From Octopus vulgaris (taxonomy: Eukaryota): a DNA stretch of 64,000 nt. Within the stretch, counting starts at the first letter, position 1, and each line of letters starts with the position of its first letter. Location of the stretch: the NCBI GenBank assembly GCA_951406725.2, contig OX597832.1:25110001-25174000 (forward strand). The letters are read 5' to 3'. Below the pieces are notes generated by a model, which did not search any database, had not been told where the DNA came from, and saw nothing but the letters and a program-made list of their open reading frames with translations. Of the stretch, positions 1 through 12,728 are shown piece after piece. The position numbers and the translations under genes were made by a program.

Positions 1-8
1 TATATATA

Positions 9-44
<36 letters not shown>

Positions 45-232
45 TGTATGTATGTATGTATGTATATGTGTATATATGTATACATACATATGTTTATATG
101 CATCTATATGTGCGTGTATGTGTATAAATGTACACATACATATATATGCATATCTCTCTTCCACTCTCTCTCCATTTATACAGACACACACATACATACA
201 TACATACATACATACATACATACATACATACA

Positions 233-264
<32 letters not shown>

Positions 265-284
265 CATATGCATATATATATATG

Positions 285-327
<43 letters not shown>

Positions 328-1005
328 CAGGTGAATGCTAAATATTTATGAGAAAGTTTTTCAGAATTCAAATACTTATATATATACACGCACAGACAGG
401 TTTGTTTGTATGTATGTATGTACAGGTACATAGATATAAATTTCGTTATCGACCAAATATTTTTGAGAAAGTTTATTGTACTACATACACACACACACAC
501 ACCCAAAACACACACACACACAGAGGCATACACGCACTCATTCACACACATGTACACACGTACACACACTCATAAAGACACAAGCGCACACAATCACTAA
601 CACATACAGAGACAGACATACACATACGCATATACGTATATGTATATCATATACTTTGTACATATGTGATGTGATGTATTTGCTGTTCTGTGGTTATCAT
701 CTTAATATTTATGGGGAAGTTTATTACAATTCCTTTATAAATTTCTTATTTGCTTATCTTTCTGAATTATTTCTGCTAAGTTTATTTGTTTACATTCAAT
801 ATTGAAACACACACTCTCACACACAAGCATACATACACACACGCACGCACACTTATATATATATGTTGTCCTGTCTGTAGAAGAAATTTAGAGATGTGCT
901 TTCACGTGTAACAATATGATTATATGAGGTCCCTCTCTCTATTAGTCACATACATATATAAACACACTATGTCTCTCAGTTTATGCGCATATATTTGTAT
1001 ACCTG

Positions 1006-1086
<81 letters not shown>

Positions 1087-1881
1087 GTATATATATATAC
1101 ACATATGTATATGTATATACGTATATATATATATATATATGTGTGTACATATACATATATATATGTATATGTATATATATGTATATTTATACATATATAT
1201 ATATATACACACACATTTACACACACACACACATATATATATATAATCATATATATAACGTATTGATTGCTCTTTGATTTGAACATATGATAGCCGTCTA
1301 ACATTCAAACAGATTATACATATTTGATCCGTTATGTGTCGTTTATGTTAACATAACAACAGAAAATGAAAGTAGAGGATAGTGAAGCATGATATATATT
1401 CATAAATGTCTGCATACACACACATAAATATATACATACATGTGCGTATGTGTACTGGGATATTCTGTGGTGCCGGTTTCAAGTTCCTGGCTCATGAACA
1501 GCCACAAAAGTGAAAAGTGCGTTGGGCATAAGAGATATACGTTTGTGTTTCCTTCCCAATTTGTTCTACAATTTCTCTGTATATCCAGTAATAATACTAA
1601 GTATTACTAAATATAGCAGTCTACATAAACCTCTCCACTCGAAGCAGATTGGATGATGATAATCTTTGTAGAGCTCCAAACTCAGCATTGGTATTCGTTC
1701 ATCGAATTGTAGACATGATGAAAAAAATTATTCAAAATGTATAAATAAATGATGAGGAAAGAGTCGGTACAGTTTAGGTTATCTGTTGTTTTCCCTAGAT
1801 TTACCCCGGGAACTTCGTAGTGGCATTTGGGGTAACAGTATTAATAAGAGAGTTGATGGAATATGTGTTAGACTTTATTAA

Positions 1882-1926
1882 GTACGACACCTGTTTCGAC
1901 CCGTCATTCTAAGTCTCTTCGGGTAC
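1882..1926 (-). ncRNA. Minimal hammerhead ribozyme-like motif (Penelope-type), core C3-C4 variant
   Basis: Minus strand reads gtac-CCGAAGA-gactt..gggtc-GAAA-caggtg-TC-gtac, followed by taataaag. Confidence 0.5.
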
Positions 1927-2019
1927 ATCAGAAAAAGAGTCGCACTAGAAGTTTCTTGTGCCGGTTTGCTTAGCGCTATATGTCCATCAAACACATTCCA
2001 TCTCCTATTTTATTAGTAC

Positions 2020-2090
<71 letters not shown>

Positions 2091-2398
2091 TATAAATTAG
2101 AGATGCAACCACTATTATGCAACTCAAACAGTGATAGACATAAACCAAAATATGAAAAACAAATAAAATATATTTTTGCGAAACATATAACTAGATAACA
2201 AAAAGTATAAACTGAATAATCAATATATAATAAATAAAAAAAACAAATTGAAACAAAAAATACAAAAAGAAAACACTGTTTGAGTTGCATAATAGTGGTT
2301 CTATCTCTAATTTATATTTTATATACTTATATTGTGAAATTTTAATACTAAATTGAATTTTTGTCTGTATGTTTGGAGTTATACTCCCTAATATTATA

Positions 2399-2468
<70 letters not shown>

Positions 2469-2689
2469 ATATGTTACTGCATGGTAAGAAGCTTGCTTCT
2501 CAACCACATAGTTCGGGGTTCAGTCTTATTATGTGGTACCTTGGACATATGTCTTCTACTACAGCATCGGGTCGACAAAAGCCTTGTGAGTGGATTAGGT
2601 AGATGGAAACAAGAAGTTGTGGTGAAAGAGTACAGCATGCTTCGCCACTACCCTCTGCCGGATCCTCTTAGAGTTTCAAATGTTTTCGC

Positions 2690-2783
2690 TCAATAAACGC
2701 TTACACTGCCCGATCTGAGATTCGAAACCGCGATCTTATGATCCCGAGTCCGCTGCCCTAACCACTGGGCCATTGCGCCTCCA
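2690..2783 (-). mobile_element. tRNA(Arg)-like SINE head
   Basis: Minus strand reads ggaggcgcaatggcccagtggttagggcagcggactc...gtttcgaatc (A/B boxes). Related heads lie at 54680-54730 and 59090-59195. Confidence 0.7.
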
Positions 2784-3409
2784 CGTTAGCTCTCCACATT
2801 TGAGCTGATTGCAATAACGAATGCATATATAAAACACGGTGCCGTGCTGTGAGCCAGAGTGGAAATTCAAACTTTATCTCAGGACGTTTCGTCGATGGAG
2901 AAAGAAAAAAAAAACCGAAACCTCTATTAATCTGATTGGAGATACTATTACTACTCATTCATCTATCAATTATGTATCTATTAACATTCGATCTATGCAT
3001 TTATCTATTATATAGCCTCATAAATCCATCAGATATCACAGTTATTAAAATCCCATCCATCACAGGCCTTCCACTTCGGGAGACTCTCCTTCAACCAATA
3101 GATAAATTACATGCAACGTCTATAGTAATTGCTTACAAACTGTTTTTTCTGTCTTTGTTTTTTTCTCTTCTTCAAATGGATTGGTAATCTTCTTTATTTA
3201 CTCCTATTTACTCGGCAAAATCGATGGGAATGGCATCGTAGAGTTCTATTGACAATATCCTAGGATTGTCTGATTTTGTTTCTTGTTCATTATTCCTTTT
3301 CTGTATTGTTTTTTTGTTTCGGTTTGTTTGTTTGTTGATTGCGTTTGACATTAAACAACTCGTCTGTTCTGTGAATCTGGAAATTACGTCGCGACTGTAA
3401 CACAAGCAT

Positions 3410-3966
3410 TACATACATACATACATACATACACACATACATACTTTCATACATTCAAACATACATACATACATAGATAGATTCATACATACATACATAC
3501 ATATATACATACATACATACATATATATATGCATACATACATACGTACATACATACATACATACGTACATACATGCATACATACATACATACATAGATTC
3601 ATACATACATACATACATATATACATACTTACATACATATATATATATGCATACATACATACGTGCATTCATACATACATACATACATACATACATACAT
3701 ACATACATACATACGTACATACATACATACATACATTCATTCATTCATACATACATACATACAAACATACATACATACATACACGCATACGTACATACAT
3801 AATACATACATACATACATATATACATACATTCATACAAACATACATACATACGTACATACGTACATACATAATACATACTTACACACACACATACATAC
3901 ATACACACATACATACATACATACATACATACATACATACATACAAACATACATACATACATACAT
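3410..3966. repeat. (CATA)n compound microsatellite
   Basis: Direct reading. Confidence 0.95.
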
Positions 3967-4431
3967 ATCCAGAGAGAGAGAGAGGGGGGATGCGAACACT
4001 GAGACAGAGAGATGAAGAAAACAATGTAAAGAGAACGAACATCGGTATAGCAGAAATAAATACAAAGGACACACAGACAGAATCAAACACTCACACGTAC
4101 ACACATTCACACACTCACACACAGGCAGAGAAACAGAGAGAATGAAAGGGAAAACAAGGGAGATAGAGAAAAGAGGAAGACGTTGCGGAAAGGAAAAAAG
4201 AAACGGTGGCAGAATATCAACATTATAGAAGAAAGAAGTAGAAATGATTCAACAGAGATTGGGACGAACACACTTACACACGCTCGCAAGAACACACACG
4301 CATGTTTGATACGATTCGGTATTTGGGTGTTTAGATTCTCTTGTATATCGTAGGGAAAGACCACGAACACATACATACATACATACATATATACATACAT
4401 ACATACATACATACATACATACATACATACA

Positions 4432-4465
<34 letters not shown>

Positions 4466-4468
4466 CAT

Positions 4469-4860
4469 AGGCGCAGGAGTGTCTGTGTGGTAAGTAGCTT
4501 GCCTCTCAACCACATGGACCGGGTTCAGTCCCACTGCGTGTCACCTTGGGCAAGTGTCTTCTACTATAGCCTCGGACCGACCAAAGCCTTGAGAGTGGAT
4601 TTGGTAGACGGAAACTGAAAGAAGCCCGTCGTATGTATACATATATACATATATATATAAATGTGTGTGTGTGTTTGTCTCCCCAACACCAACACTATTG
4701 ATTCACAATCGATGTTGATGCGTTTACCTTCCCGTAAATTAGCGGTTCAGCAAAAGAGACCGATAGAATAAGTGCTAGGTTTACAAAGAATAAGTCCTGG
4801 CGTCGGTTTGTTTGACTAAAGGCGGCGCTCCAGCATGGCCGCAGTCAAATGACTGTAACA
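4469..4860 (+). mobile_element. tRNA-derived SINE with CORE-like segment and internal microsatellite (full copy)
   Basis: ggcgcaggagtg..tggtaagtagc..gggttcagtccc head and caccttgggcaagt CORE-like motif. Near-identical copies at 17570-18035, 18885-19290 (-) and 20315-20730. Partial copies at 2480, 7405, 7700, 24125, 40610, 44760, 49060, 50510, 53100, 58765 and 60715. Confidence 0.85.
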
Positions 4861-4867
4861 AATAGAA

Positions 4868-5235
4868 TTCCACGCTGGCATGGGTTGGACGGTTCGACCG
4901 GGGGTCTGGTAAGCCAGGAGGCTGCACCAGGCTCCAGTCTGATCTGGTAGTGTTTCTACAACTGGATGCCCTTCCTAACGCCAACCACTCCGAGTGTGTG
5001 GTGGCTGTTTTTTACGTGCCACCGGCACAGGGACTAGAGGGAGCTGGCATCGACCACGATCGAATGGTGCTTTTTACGTGCTACCGGTACAGAAGCCAGT
5101 CAAGACTGAGCTGGCATTGGCCACATTCGGATGGTGCTTTTTACGTGCCACCAGGCACAGGAGCCAGTCGGGGCGAGGGGGCTGGCATCGACCACGTTTA
5201 GATGGTGCTTTTTACGTACCACCGGCACGGAGACC
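4868..5235. repeat. SINE-like fragment ending in ~4 tandem ~65-70 bp units
   Basis: Repeated ggtgctttttacgtgccaccggcac...gctggcatcgaccac. Confidence 0.7.
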
Positions 5236-6444
5236 ACAACTACAATTTATATATAAATTTATATATGTGTGTACGTGTGTGTGTGTGTGAACGTCTGAAC
5301 GCGGTCACTGTATAAAAGTAAATTATATTACACACAAGGTATGTATTACGCAAAGAATTGGTTTACTATTCTACAGGTTGTTTTAAGTTTGATCGTTTCG
5401 CTACAAAAGTGACGATGATGACGATGATGATTATGTTCATGACGACGACGACGACGACGGCGACCGCAACAATGACGACGGTGAGCACGATAGTGTTGAT
5501 GATGATGATGATGATAATAACAGCGTAATTAATTCCAATACGGATTTACTTTCAGCTCTTGGCACAAGACTTCTCCATTCGTTGCTTTCCTCCATTTTCA
5601 CCATTCCTTCGATACAAACCAGAATTGTTCTAATTGCCTGTAGGATAATTAAGTCCTGATACCAACACCCCACCGCACACCATCCCATCCCACTCCCACC
5701 CAACGACGAATGAAAACCTAAATGCATCTCTAGGCGGATTTGATCTTGGAACTGTGTGTCATGGGATTTTTCCTTATTGTAAATTAAAGAGTTAATATCT
5801 GTATCTAAATATATTCGATTTTGACGCAACGCCTGGGGACGGTGATCTTATTTTGAAGTAACACCCCAGGGGAATCGAAGAAAGGGTTATTATTCTCATC
5901 GACGATCTATAATTTGTAGGGACATATTTAAATACCTGTGTAGAGTTTCTTCCGCATCTCTACCGATTCAACCGTTGACAGCCTTTAAAGGCTCTAAAAT
6001 TACTTTACGGAACTCAAGGGCCTCGTAGATGGAATACTTGTATAATACAGAATGTGTTACAAAATACGACACGGATGGACAGACACACACGCACAAATAT
6101 AAGGTATATGCTAAGGGGGATACAATTGTGTGTGTGTTTGTATGTGTGTACCTTTGTGTGTGTGTGTTTGTATGTGTCTATGCGTTTGTGTATGTCTATG
6201 TGTGTGTGTTTGTATGTGTGTTTGTGTGTGTGTGTTTGTCTGTGTGTGTGTGTGTTTGTCTGTGTGTGTGTGTGTGTGTTTGTGCGTGTATGTGTGTGTT
6301 TCTGGGCGTATGTTTATGTGTATGTGTGTTTGTGTGTTTTTATTTTGTATGTGTGTGTTTCTGTGTGTGTGCATGCGCGCACGCTTGTTATATCGTGGAG
6401 GCGTGAGACTTAATGATTATGATGCTGCATTCGTGATCGTAACA

Positions 6445-6670
6445 TTGTGGTTAGGGTGTTGGATTCATGATCGTAAGATTGCGGTTTCAATTCCTAAACC
6501 GGTCGACGTGTCGTTTTCTTGAGCAAAACACTTTATTTTACATTACTGCAGTTTTTCCAGCTGGCAAAAGATAGTTTCATCCTGCAATGGACTGGCGTCC
6601 CTTTCCGATAGAAAAAAAATTAAACATCACGGACGCTAGGAAACCGGTATTATGGATGTATATGACTTGA
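6445..6670 (+). mobile_element. tRNA-derived SINE (family also at 10270-10490 and 37670-37918)
   Basis: gtggttagggtgttgg..catgatcgtaagattgcggtttcaattcc head and ggaaaccgg tail. Confidence 0.7.
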
Positions 6671-6681
6671 GAAGGGTTTTA

Positions 6682-6718
<37 letters not shown>

Positions 6719-7232
6719 ACCAAGGAAGGCCATTTCTGACCATTTTCCATGCAAAATATAAGCAGCGACCGTACATAAGGTTATTGCATTTGCAGTCGGC
6801 TTCAATCGGGCGCTCACCCGCGGTTTCCATGCTTGTCGCAATACCCATCCACCCGACCAGGCATCGGGAAGTTGCCCCGCCGGCGATCGCGCAACCTCAC
6901 AGATCCTCACCACGCTATTCACATGATATACAGACACGCCAGAGCAAAATTTACAGTTACAATATGGGTCACAGTCTGAGAGGTTTTAAAGCACCATAAT
7001 CACAAGCGTAAGCAGAAGACTCCCAAAATGCCCTCATGCCATTCAATGCATATCCACTTGGGTATCAGTGCGACCGTCTCCGAGAGACATGCTTTGACGA
7101 AAGCTGAGTGGTGCCTCACTTTCAGTTGTCTCCCAGCACGCCGGACGCCAACCTGGAGGAATTTCTGAGGTCCCGTGTTATTTATTTCTATGTGGTCGTT
7201 GAACCAATACTAGGATTATCAATCCATGTGGC

Positions 7233-7308
<76 letters not shown>

Positions 7309-7362
7309 ATAGATATGAATATGTACACGTATATAAATATTTATACATACACACAGACACGG

Positions 7363-7396
<34 letters not shown>

Positions 7397-7633
7397 GTGT
7401 GTGTGTGGCTGTGAGGTAAGAAGCTTGCTTTCCAACCACATAGTTCCAGGTTCAATCCAACTGCATGGCACTTTCGGAAAGTGTCTTCTACTATAGCTTC
7501 TAATAAAAAAAAAACGTATAATAAATATACAGGTGAACGGAAAAAACGTATACTAAGTGCACAAACAGACGGAAAACTTACACCCACACACACACACACA
7601 CACTCATACATACATACAAATACACACACACAA

Positions 7634-7690
<57 letters not shown>

Positions 7691-7882
7691 CACAGACTTC
7701 GTTCAGGTTCTATCTACCAGTTCCTCTCAAAAGCCTTTGGTTGGCTCGAGGCTATAGTGGAAGTCACTTGCGCTAGGTGCCACTCAGTGGAATTGAACCC
7801 GGGACCACATGCCTGGAAAGCAAACTTCTTACTGCACAAATATATAGTTACATATATATATGTATATTTATGCGTATTGTAC

Positions 7883-7931
<49 letters not shown>

Positions 7932-8195
7932 CATAAATATAAGCAATAGATGTATATATGAATATATATATATATATATATATGATTATATAACCGAGGA
8001 GTGTACAGTATATGCAATAGTATGTATTTATTTGAAGATATAGAAAAAGAATACAAAAACTTATATATTCAAAAGAAACACAAAGCACATTAAATGCAAT
8101 AACAAAAACCAATTATTTGTTAATTTTTGTCGCTTGTGTCATAATGTTTCTTCCGCGTCAGAGCTTCTCAGTTGATATATCTATCTATCTATCTA

Positions 8196-8239
<44 letters not shown>

Positions 8240-8559
8240 TTACAACCTCGATATTGAATTTATATTCAATCCTACATTAGAACGAAAATGATAGAAATTA
8301 TAGAATGTCTTGCGTAAGGAAATTGCTTGTAAACGGCAGATATATTCTGTTTATAGCAACTGGCGTTTTTTTTTTTCTGATAGAGAAACTTATTTGACAT
8401 TTTAGAAATTGTTTATTTCTGATCGATTCGATTTTTTTAGACAATTGGTTTGAAATGTACATCATTTTTATTGTTTTGTTTGACGTGTTGTATTACTTCG
8501 TTTTATAAATTATTAAAGAACGGGGAGCTTGAATATGTGCTGGGTAATGTCCATGAAAA

Positions 8560-9355
8560 TTGTTCGCAACCCTTAGGGGTCCACATAAAACTTTTTTGCT
8601 AAAATTTATGTGTAACAAATCGGTTATACTTCTACGATACACAAAATATTTTAACAATCTTTTTTTAATACAATTCCTAATATTTTAATTACAAGGAATT
8701 TCAACCGTGTTTCGTGGTCTGCTACCACAACAGCTCCTTTATAGGATCCAGTGAGCTCAAGACATCATCAGGAGGAACCATGTCCAGTTTCGGCCCCTAC
8801 TCCTCTACCGTTTTGACATGGCTTGCCTCCCCCCCCCCCACACCTTTCGGAGGTGTCTTCAGCTCTGGTGTTGGGTGCATGTCTTCTTTCTTCTGTTCCT
8901 TGGCCTCTTCGATGTGGCGTCAAAAAGTGTCAGCAGGCGATGGACTGTCTTGTCAAATTTCCTTTTAAATACCTGCTGCAAGGCTCCAGCAGGCAGCTCC
9001 AGCAAGTTGTCACGTGACACTGTCTCAACTTTAACTGACCAATGAAGGCGCGTAGTCTTAGCCCACGCATTCTCTAAACGAGACCGTCACCTGTCAGTCA
9101 GCGAAGCTGATTCAGTGTCAGCCTGTCTCACTTAGTGGTGTTATTTTCCTGTCGGCATGTTATGACTTTCAAGCCATTTTTGGTCTTCCCGCTTCAGCCA
9201 TTATAGATGCTAGCTTTTCGACTACCTCCTGTACTCTCCTTATTATATAATGTGACTTTCTTAAACATCGAATGGCTATGGTGGTGGGGAGGGTCCAGTC
9301 GAATAAAATATGGATCGAAGCGATTCCTAGGCAAAACGATGGTTGAGAATCACTG
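8560..9355. mobile_element. hAT/Charlie-like MITE remnant containing a GC-richer insert (~8700-9240)
   Basis: The right end reads cagtgattctcaacc on the minus strand (a typical hAT-Charlie TIR). Composition shifts abruptly in the insert. Confidence 0.35.
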
Positions 9356-9922
9356 TCCTACGACAAGCTGACAGTACCATTAGCAAGTCTCAGATACGAT
9401 GCTTAGCGGCATTTGTTCTCGTTTTTTACGATCTGACTTCAAATCCTGAAGAGACCAACATCGTTTTTTAAGGCCAATAATCTAAAGTACCAGGGTTAAG
9501 GCATAGTCTAATCTGCTGGCTCATACGGCGAATTTTTGCGTATATTAGAATCATAAAAAAGGAGCAATTTTAAGTGCTGATGGTCGGGGGGGGGGGGGAG
9601 ATTCGTTATAGCATCGCATCCTGCCTAGGTCAACTTTTGTTTTTGCTTTTTGTTTTTTGTTGTTTTTTTTCATCTTGTCGGGGTTGACAAAATAAAGTAC
9701 CTGTAAAGCACTGGCTATTGACGTCAGGTCAACGATGGGAAGGAAGGCTTCCTCTTGCAAATACTGATAGGGCGCAGAAAGTGTATCAATAGCCAGCTGG
9801 AGGAGGTGTCTTCCTGGGGCTACAAGCTACAGTAGCATCCACCCTTAGTGGTTAGCCACATTTAAATGGCAAATATACTTCACATTGTTGTGCAGCTACT
9901 GTTTATACCTCGTTCAGAGATT

Positions 9923-9963
<41 letters not shown>

Positions 9964-10269
9964 TTAATAATAATAATAAATATTAATAATAATAATATGT
10001 GTGTGTGCGTATATGGTAGGCACTTTGGTGGTGGCTTTGGTGATCTCTGATATGACAAAAAGTTTAATTGTTTTACTTAATTACCTGTTCCTGTATTGAC
10101 GTGTAAGTGGGTGACACGTTAACCATTAATGCCATTCAAAGTTAGAATAAGCGAGTCACAGAGTGTGGCAAGGCTGTACTTTTTGAGTTACAGCTCTTTT
10201 ATATTTTTAATATTACAAATTAGTACAAAGTGTGACTACGGAAAGTGAAAAATAAATGCGCCCTTTTAA

Positions 10270-10490
10270 AACCTAGCCAGGCTCACGGGCCCAGTTTCCC
10301 GGTTTCTATGGCGTATCTGTTCCCCAGCTGGACGGGACGCCAGTCCATCGCAGCGTCACACATTTTTGCCAGCTTAGTGAACTGGAGCAATGTGAAATGA
10401 AATGTTTTGCTCAAAAACACATCGCATCACCCGGTCCAGGAATCGAAACCACAATCTTAAGATCATGATGCTGACACCCTAACCACGCCT
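10270..10490 (-). mobile_element. tRNA-derived SINE in the intron upstream of the neuropeptide exon
   Basis: Reverse-complement match to the copies at 6445 and 37670. Confidence 0.75.
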
Positions 10491-10639
10491 AAGATTATCT
10501 CGCAGTGACAAAATGAAATTGTTAACGGCGTCTACACAAACACAGGTTCATTGTTTTTCATGTCTGTTTATTATTTGTTTTTACAAGATTGTTTAAATTT
10601 TCATGCAGTTACTTTACTTTAGTTTTGCTTTGTGTAAAA

Positions 10640-10675
10640 TTTATTTTAATTACTCTTTTCTTATTTTTATTTCAG
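10640..10675 (+). promoter_or_regulatory. Intron 3' splice acceptor (phase 2) of the neuropeptide exon
   Basis: T-rich tract 'tactcttttcttatttttatttcag' directly before the open frame. Confidence 0.8.
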
Positions 10676-12422
10676 ATTTATCTCAAATGTATTATGCGAA
10701 GAAAAGAGGAATCTGGACTCAGTTGGTTCCGGCCTTATTAAAAGAAATTTGGATTCAGTCGGCTCTGGATTAATTAAAAGACAATTAGACTCAGTTGGGT
10801 CTGGACTTATTAAAAGGCAGCTGGATTCGGTCGGGTCGGGACTGATCAAGCGACAACTGGATTCTGTTGGTTCTGGATTGATCAAGAGAAACTTTGAAGA
10901 TGGAAGTGAGTTTGAAGAAATACCATTAGACAATATTGAAGAAGATGCTCTTAAACGACAGTTAGATTCTGTAGGAGCTGGTCTAATCAAAAGACAGCTG
11001 GATTCAGTTGGGTCTGGGCTCATAAAAAAGAATTTGGACTCTGTCGGCTCCGGATTAATTCGTAGAAATTTCGATACAATTGGTTCTGGACTTATTAAAA
11101 AGAATTTAGATTCTGTCGGCTCTGGATTAATTCGAAGAAATTTTGATACAATTGGGTCTGGACTTATTAAAAAGAATTTAGATTCCGTCGGTTCTGGATT
11201 AATTCGCAGAAATTTGGATTCTGTTGGATCTGGACTAATTAAAAAGAATTTGGACTCTGTCGGTTCTGGATTAATTCGAAGAAATTTCGATACTATTGGG
11301 TCTGGACTTATTAAAAAGAATTTGGATTCTGTTGGCTCTGGATTAATTCGCAGAAATTTAGATTCTGTTGGATCTGGGCTCATAAAAAAGAATTTGGATT
11401 CTGTTGGCTCTGGATTAATTCGTAGAAATTTCGACACTGTTGGTTCTGGTCTTATCAAAAAGAATTTGGATTCCGTCGGTTCTGGATTAATTCGAAGAAA
11501 TTTGGATTCTGTTGGCTCTGGATTAATTCGTAGAAATTTGGATTCTGTTGGCTCTGGATTAATTCGTAGAAATTTGGATTCTGTTGGCTCTGGATTAATT
11601 CGAAGAAATTTGGATTCTGTTGGATCTGGACTAATTAAAAAGAATTTGGACTCTGTCGGTTCTGGATTAATTCGAAGAAATTTCGACACTGTTGGTTCTG
11701 GTCTTATCAAAAAGAATTTGGATTCCGTCGGTTCCGGATTAATTCGAAGAAGTTTCGATACTGTTGGATCTGGACTAATTCGTAGAAATTTGGATTCTGT
11801 TGGATCTGGACTAATTAAAAAGAACTTGGATTCTGTCGGTTCCGGATTAATTCGTAGAAATTTGGATTCTGTTGGATCTGGACTAATTAAAAAGAATTTG
11901 GACTCGGTCGGCTCCGGATTAATTCGTAGAAATTTCGATACTGTTGGATCTGGACTTATTAAAAAGAACTTGGATTCTGTTGGCTCTGGATTAATTCGAA
12001 GAAATTTCGATACTATTGGGTCTGGACTAATTAAAAAGAATTTAGATTCTGTCGGCTCCGGATTAATTCGAAGAAATTTGGATTCTGTTGGATCTGGACT
12101 AATTAAAAAGAATTTGGACTCTGTCGGTTCTGGGCTCATCAAAAGGCAGCTAGACTCCGTTGGATCTGGTCTTATTCGAAGGAATTTTGACACTGTCGGC
12201 TCTGGGTTAATACGAAGGAATCTGGACTCTGTTGGGTCCGGGCTTATCAAAAGACAGCTAGATTCCGTTGGATCAGGTTTGATTAAAAGAAATTTCGATT
12301 CTATTGGATCTGGTCTGATCAGGCGGAGATTTGAAACAGCACAAAACGGTTTACTGGCAAGACTAACAGAATGTTTGTATCATGCTGACAAGAAGAGTAA
12401 ATGCCTTCTTCGAATGGAATAG
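10676..12422 (+). CDS. Terminal coding exon of a multi-copy neuropeptide precursor, pedal peptide/orcokinin-like (43 xxDxxGxGLI decapeptides)
   Basis: Polypyrimidine tract and ttcAG acceptor at 10674-10675. The open frame reads (x)FISNVLCEEKR-NLDSVGSGLI-KR... to TAG at 12420-12422. There are 43 decapeptides flanked by dibasic KR/RR/KK convertase sites, with abundant synonymous variation between repeats. FISNVLC|EE looks like the end of a signal peptide. Confidence 0.93.
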
Positions 12423-12662
12423 ACCAACAAACGCCATGACAACAATGAGTAAAGGAAAATAATTCAAAAAATAATAAAACACGACGACACAAAAGCGGAA
12501 ATTTAAACAACACAAAAGAAATTGAACAGAAACGAACAACAGCAATGAAAACAATGCAGGACGCAGCATCACTATCATCGATCTTTCTCAATAGTTATTG
12601 GGTTTTGTGTTTGTTTGTTTTTTTCTCAAAAGAAATACGTGATGCATAATGGATAACAACTT

Positions 12663-12728
<66 letters not shown>

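Noticed and set aside
331-399. ttcAG...ATG(348)...CAG|GTTTGT as the upstream signal exon
   Set aside because: Would be phase 1 whereas the acceptor at 10676 needs phase 2, and the peptide is not signal-like
6720-7210. GC-richer segment with short ORFs
   Set aside because: No recognisable protein motif or splice structure; probably TE debris
10667-12250. 527 aa antisense ORF (PEPTESKFLRIN repeats)
   Set aside because: Shadow of the 36 bp repeat. Its amino-acid variation follows the sense strand's synonymous changes, while the sense frame has splice, signal and cleavage logic.
10710-12325. Regular 36 bp periodicity resembling a CRISPR array
   Set aside because: No unique spacers; it is a coding tandem repeat in a eukaryotic context with no cas genes
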